Shown here: piece by piece, positions 62,055-64,000 of the stretch
How the letters are laid out: every line of letters begins with the position of its first letter
Position numbering within the stretch: the stretch's first letter is position 1
Assembly: GCA_963813235.1 (NCBI GenBank)
Contig: CAWEYF010000012.1
Location: 4,170-68,169 of the forward strand
Direction of reading: 5' to 3'
DNA: 64,000 nucleotides
Source: Candidatus Aminicenantes bacterium
GTDB taxonomy: Bacteria; Acidobacteriota; Aminicenantia; Aminicenantales; Saccharicenantaceae
The notes under the pieces: model-generated
Databases searched by the model: none
The model's input: only the letters and a program-made list of their open reading frames with translations
Told to the model about the DNA's origin: nothing
Position numbers and translations under genes: made by a program

Positions 62055-63611
62055 ATGAAAAAGAAGGCCTTGGTCCTTGCCGTCGCCCTCCTGGCGCTCG
62101 TCCGCCTCCCGGCCCGGGACGAGGACCTCTGGGCGGCTTCGCTCAACAAGGTCCGGTCCATCGTCACCATCCTCGAGAACGGCTATTACAAGGCCTTGGA
62201 CCACGAAAAGCTGGCCTACGCCTCCGTCCGGGGCCTCCTCGAGACCCTGGACCCCCACTCCTACTTCCTCGAGCCCGAGAACTTCGCGCGGATGCGCGAG
62301 GACTACGTCGGGAAGTACTTCGGGGTCGGGATGCAGATCCAGAAGCAGGAGGACCGGCTGGTCGTCATCGCCCCGATCGAGGGGGCCCCGGCTTGGCGGC
62401 TGGGCGTCCAGCCCGGCGACGTCATCTCCGAGATCGACGGCGAGAGCACGAAGCCCATCTCGAGCTTCGACGCCATGCAAAAGCTCCGGGGGGAGAAGGG
62501 GACCAAGGTCCGGATCATCCTCGTCCGGGATTCCCTGGACAAGCCCATCGAGCTGACCATCATCCGGGAGGAGATCCCGCTCTACAGCGTGCCCTACGCG
62601 TTCATGCTGGACGCCGACACCGGCTACATCTTCATCCGGACGTTTGCCGAGGCCACCGACACCGAGCTCGGGGAGAAGCTCCGGAAGCTCACGGGCCTCG
62701 GGATGAAGAACCTGGTCCTCGACCTGCGGGGCAACACCGGCGGCCCGCTCGTCTCGTCGATCGAGGTTTCCGACGAGTTCCTCCCCAAGGGCGCCTCGGT
62801 CGTCTCGATCCGCGGGCGGAACAGCTCCTACAACAAGGACTTCTGGGCCCTGCGCGACGGCCAGTACGAGAAACTGCCCCTCGTCATCCTTATCGACCAG
62901 GGGACAGCCAGCGCTTCGGAGATCGTCAGCGGCGCCGTCATGGACAATGACCGGGGCCTCATCGTGGGCCACGACTCCTGGGGCAAAGGTCTCGTCCAGA
63001 CGGTCTTCCCGCTTTCGACGAACATGGCCGTGGCCATCACGACGGCCAAATACCTGACCCCAAGCGGCCGGGCCATCCAGAGGGACTACAGTCATATCGA
63101 GGATTACCTCATGGGCAAGCAGGCCCCGACCGAGAGCCGCGAGATCAAGTACACCCTCAAGGGGCGCAAGGTCCTCGGCCAGGGCGGCATCTCGCCGGAC
63201 TATGCGGTCGCGTCCTCGCTCAAGCCGCTGACGTTCGAGCTCATGGTCCGCGGCGCCTACTTCGGCTACGCCCGCAAGTTCACCCAGCACCGGACGCCGC
63301 TCTCCGCAAAGTTCGTCTTCCCCGCGGACAAGCGGGAGGCCGGCGCGGCCGGCAAGGTCGTCATCGGCGACACGTTCGTCGCGGGTCCCGAGGTCCTGGA
63401 GGATTTCAAGGCCCACGCCCGCGCGGCCGGGATCACCTTCGAGGACGACAAGTTCAAGGAGGCGGAGGGGGAGATCCGGCGGGAGCTCGAGAGGGAGATC
63501 TCGTCGGCCCTCTGGGGCGTCGAAGAGGGGATCCGGGCCTACCGCGGGTCCGACCCCGTCGTGGCCAAGGCCCTGGAAGTCATGCCCGAAGCGGCGAAAT
63601 TCGTCGAATAA
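62055..63611 (+). CDS. Carboxyl-terminal processing protease (peptidase S41, PDZ-containing)
   Basis: Signal peptide MKKKALVLAVALLALV. PDZ domain (GVQPGDVISEIDGES). S41 core (LDLRGNTGGP, IDQGTASASEIVSGA, GKGLVQT). An alternative start lies at 62031. Confidence 0.85.
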   Translation: MKKKALVLAVALLALVRLPARDEDLWAASLNKVRSIVTILENGYYKALDHEKLAYASVRGLLETLDPHSYFLEPENFARMREDYVGKYFGVGMQIQKQEDRLVVIAPIEGAPAWRLGVQPGDVISEIDGESTKPISSFDAMQKLRGEKGTKVRIILVRDSLDKPIELTIIREEIPLYSVPYAFMLDADTGYIFIRTFAEATDTELGEKLRKLTGLGMKNLVLDLRGNTGGPLVSSIEVSDEFLPKGASVVSIRGRNSSYNKDFWALRDGQYEKLPLVILIDQGTASASEIVSGAVMDNDRGLIVGHDSWGKGLVQTVFPLSTNMAVAITTAKYLTPSGRAIQRDYSHIEDYLMGKQAPTESREIKYTLKGRKVLGQGGISPDYAVASSLKPLTFELMVRGAYFGYARKFTQHRTPLSAKFVFPADKREAGAAGKVVIGDTFVAGPEVLEDFKAHARAAGITFEDDKFKEAEGEIRRELEREISSALWGVEEGIRAYRGSDPVVAKALEVMPEAAKFVE

Positions 63612-63631
63612 CTTTGGGAGAGGGGGTCGTT

Positions 63632-64000
63632 ATGAAGATCGCGCTTGCCTCGGACCACGCCGGATACGAGCTCAAGAAGGCCGTTGCCGACCACCTCGCC
63701 GGCCGGGGGATCGATCACGTCGACTTCGGCTGCGGCCCGGGGGAGAAGGTCGATTACATCGATTTCGGGGCCCGGGCGGCGGGGGCCGTCGCCGCGGGGG
63801 AATGCGACCGCGCCGTCCTCGTCTGCGGGACCGGCATCGGCATGGGCATGGTGGCCAACAAGTTCAAGGGCGTCCGCGCCACCCCGTGCTGGAACGAATT
63901 CACGGCGGAGATGACCCGCCTCCATAACGATTCGAATTGCCTCACGCTGGGCGGGCGCGTCCTCACGGCCGAGGAGGGAGTCCGCTTCGTCGATATCTGG
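63632..64000 (+). CDS. rpiB: Ribose-5-phosphate isomerase B, N-terminal part (runs off window)
   Basis: The ATG at 63632 follows GGGAGAGGGGG. MKIALASDHAGYELKK...LVCGTGIGMGMVANKFKGVRA...HNDSNCLTLGGR are RpiB/LacAB motifs. There is no stop before the window end, so it is absent from the ORF track. Confidence 0.85.
   Translation, partial: MKIALASDHAGYELKKAVADHLAGRGIDHVDFGCGPGEKVDYIDFGARAAGAVAAGECDRAVLVCGTGIGMGMVANKFKGVRATPCWNEFTAEMTRLHNDSNCLTLGGRVLTAEEGVRFVDIW

Overview
This is a high-GC bacterial chromosomal window (GC judged by eye, not computed). It is densely coding on both strands, with about 58 protein genes and no rRNA, tRNA or CRISPR array that I could see. All family calls come from motifs read in the supplied translations; no searches were run.

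Gene order:
- DUF502 fragment.
- GDP-mannose-3,5-epimerase-like SDR plus a 1062-aa Fkp/FCSK-type fucokinase.
- Exported Ntn hydrolase, exported hypothetical protein and M19 dipeptidase.
- mgsA, uvrA, mntP and an SDR.
- A sigma54 enhancer-binding response regulator, then a low-GC stand-alone sensor/HAMP gene.
- A near-consensus sigma54 promoter followed by a 4HB-HAMP-PAS histidine kinase, two tiny TM peptides (one is KdpF), kdpA, kdpB, kdpC and a KdpD-N/Usp/EIIA(Ntr) fusion.
- A Kbl-type oxoamine synthase, then acpS, an AMP-ligase, a carrier protein and a second Kbl-type synthase.
- An AMIN/beta-barrel outer membrane protein.
- A TonB-dependent receptor behind a cobalamin riboswitch.
- An aromatic amino acid decarboxylase.
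- A transglutaminase-like protein, trmO and ilvE.
- A radical SAM gene plus a DUF6485-like gene.
- queF-EamA-UbiA-DUF362 converging on aminotransferase-queE-queD-queC.
- A repeat protein and a nine-gene A/V-type ATPase operon.
- Two Ddl-like ATP-grasp ligases plus a GNAT.
- An exported double-SIS protein.
- dCMP deaminase, a P-loop kinase, tatC and tatA.
- An S41 protease and rpiB.

Most notable observations:
1. The kdp operon appears wired to sigma54 and a non-KdpDE two-component pair. It ends in a KdpD-N/Usp domain protein fused to a PTS EIIA(Ntr)-type domain.
2. A dispersed, highly structured repeat family shows compensatory base changes between copies. One copy sits at the end of a 518-bp segment bounded by 20-bp terminal inverted repeats.
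3. An acpS / AMP-ligase / carrier protein / oxoamine synthase cassette is flanked by a second oxoamine synthase.
4. There are two sharply bounded tracts of reading-frame disruptions, roughly 17.7-26.2 kb and 50.3-53.3 kb. They hit kdp, kbl and the ATPase F/A/B subunits, while long neighbouring genes are intact.
5. Hairpin arrays lie inside the ATPase operon and in the tatA/protease divergent spacer.
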